From the sequence record DRR378314_948: a DNA stretch of 36,844 nt, one strand, 5' to 3'. The notes under the pieces are model-generated. The model made no database searches. It was not told where the DNA came from and saw nothing but the letters and a program-made list of their open reading frames with translations. The position numbers were made by a program, and so were the translations under genes. Below, piece after piece: positions 35,976 through 36,844 of the stretch (position 1 is its first letter; every line of letters begins with the position of its first letter).

Positions 35976-36836
35976 CTACGCTAGCATCGCCCCACGCGGC
36001 TCCTCCGGCAACGCCAGGCCCCGGCCCTGGATGTGGGCGTCGAGGATGCAGGGATGGTGAAAGTTTGTACTCCGCAGGCGGTCCCGGTACGTTTGCTCAT
36101 GGTTTTTGCGCCAGGACTCGGGTGACATTTTCCGCCACTTGAACGGATCACGCCCGGTGCGTTCGTCCCATTTCGCCGTGACAGGGTCCCTTGAGCGGAA
36201 GGGCTCAAAAATGGGAACGTCCGGCAGGGGCTGGGTGACATCCATGTACTGCTGAAGCATGTCCCAATAGGCGTACACTTCCTTTTGGTCCATGGCATCG
36301 GTGAGCAAACCCTTCATCCACAACTGGTGTTTGCTGTAGCGGTGTTGAAGTACCAGGTTGAAGTACCGTCCACCACGGCCCGAGGGCGTGTGAACCAGAT
36401 AGGCATCAAACTCAATGAAGGGGGCCTCGAAGACCGCCTTGCCTTCCCTGATCCGAACCACGCCCTCCCGGCGATACAGGCCCGTAGGGTTGGCTCGTTG
36501 GCGCTTGTCGGTGAGGAGGGCTAACAAGAGGCGACCGTATTTACCTCCGAAGTAGCCTACGGCTAGAACTAAATAGGGGATTTCAAATGTGTGGTATACC
36601 CTTTGAGCTCCTTCTATAGTCGGATCGGTAAAGAGAGCGGTAAGGATTAAAACTACTAATGGGAATAGGGATATGAAAAAACCTACTGCCGCGCACATAT
36701 AAAGCATGTGCAAGAAACCCTGCAACCCACTCAAAAATCCCTTACTGACCGAGAACACCGATTCTCCCCAGGGATACCAATCCTCCACATCATTCTCATC
36801 CTCAAACAGTCGAGCGTAGGCCAACTGTGTCTCCAT
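35976..36836 (-). CDS. Two-TM hypothetical protein of a T6SS-immunity-like family; may extend beyond the window edge
   Basis: Two TMs, then FEAPFIEFDAY and WDMLQQYMDVTQPLPDVP.FEPFR..DPVTA..D..TGRDP..WR motifs; reading frame stays open to the window end. Confidence 0.65.
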   Translation of the reverse strand: METQLAYARLFEDENDVEDWYPWGESVFSVSKGFLSGLQGFLHMLYMCAAVGFFISLFPLVVLILTALFTDPTIEGAQRVYHTFEIPYLVLAVGYFGGKYGRLLLALLTDKRQRANPTGLYRREGVVRIREGKAVFEAPFIEFDAYLVHTPSGRGGRYFNLVLQHRYSKHQLWMKGLLTDAMDQKEVYAYWDMLQQYMDVTQPLPDVPIFEPFRSRDPVTAKWDERTGRDPFKWRKMSPESWRKNHEQTYRDRLRSTNFHHPCILDAHIQGRGLALPEEPRGAMLA

Positions 36837-36844
36837 GGTGTTGG

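Overview
Gene-dense, GC-rich gammaproteobacterial chromosomal segment; gene content is Marinobacter-like (inference). No rRNA, tRNA, CRISPR array or transposase was recognised. Left to right: (1) a rhomboid protease and a marine-proteobacterial dedicated sortase locus (OmpA-like PdsO candidate, sortase, VIT+vWA target with a YPQTA sorting signal, PdsR/PdsS two-component pair), interrupted by MAPEG, GlsB and plsC genes; (2) housekeeping and accessory genes: DUF3422, DUF815 ATPase, mgsA, a spermidine-synthase-like methyltransferase, a triple-SBP diguanylate cyclase, cysK, an OM beta-barrel, a lipase, a Pho-box-preceded glycerophosphodiesterase, an elaB-like pair, a periplasmic Lig E-type DNA ligase and DUF4124; (3) an ~11 kb divergent membrane-stress/remodelling module, the best candidate for an uncharacterised system: YqiJ/NfeD-like, flotillin and a giant 1749-aa AAA+ ATPase on the minus strand, and YjfI, PspA/ESCRT-III-like, a putative tandem ribbon-helix-helix regulator and a zinc-ribbon rhomboid on the plus strand, with twin TGACA-N5-TGTCA palindromes between the two arms; (4) at the right end, an orphan membrane-anchored protein and what looks like the eroded tail of a T6SS-immunity-like gene array. 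Family names come from motif recognition and recall, not from database searches.
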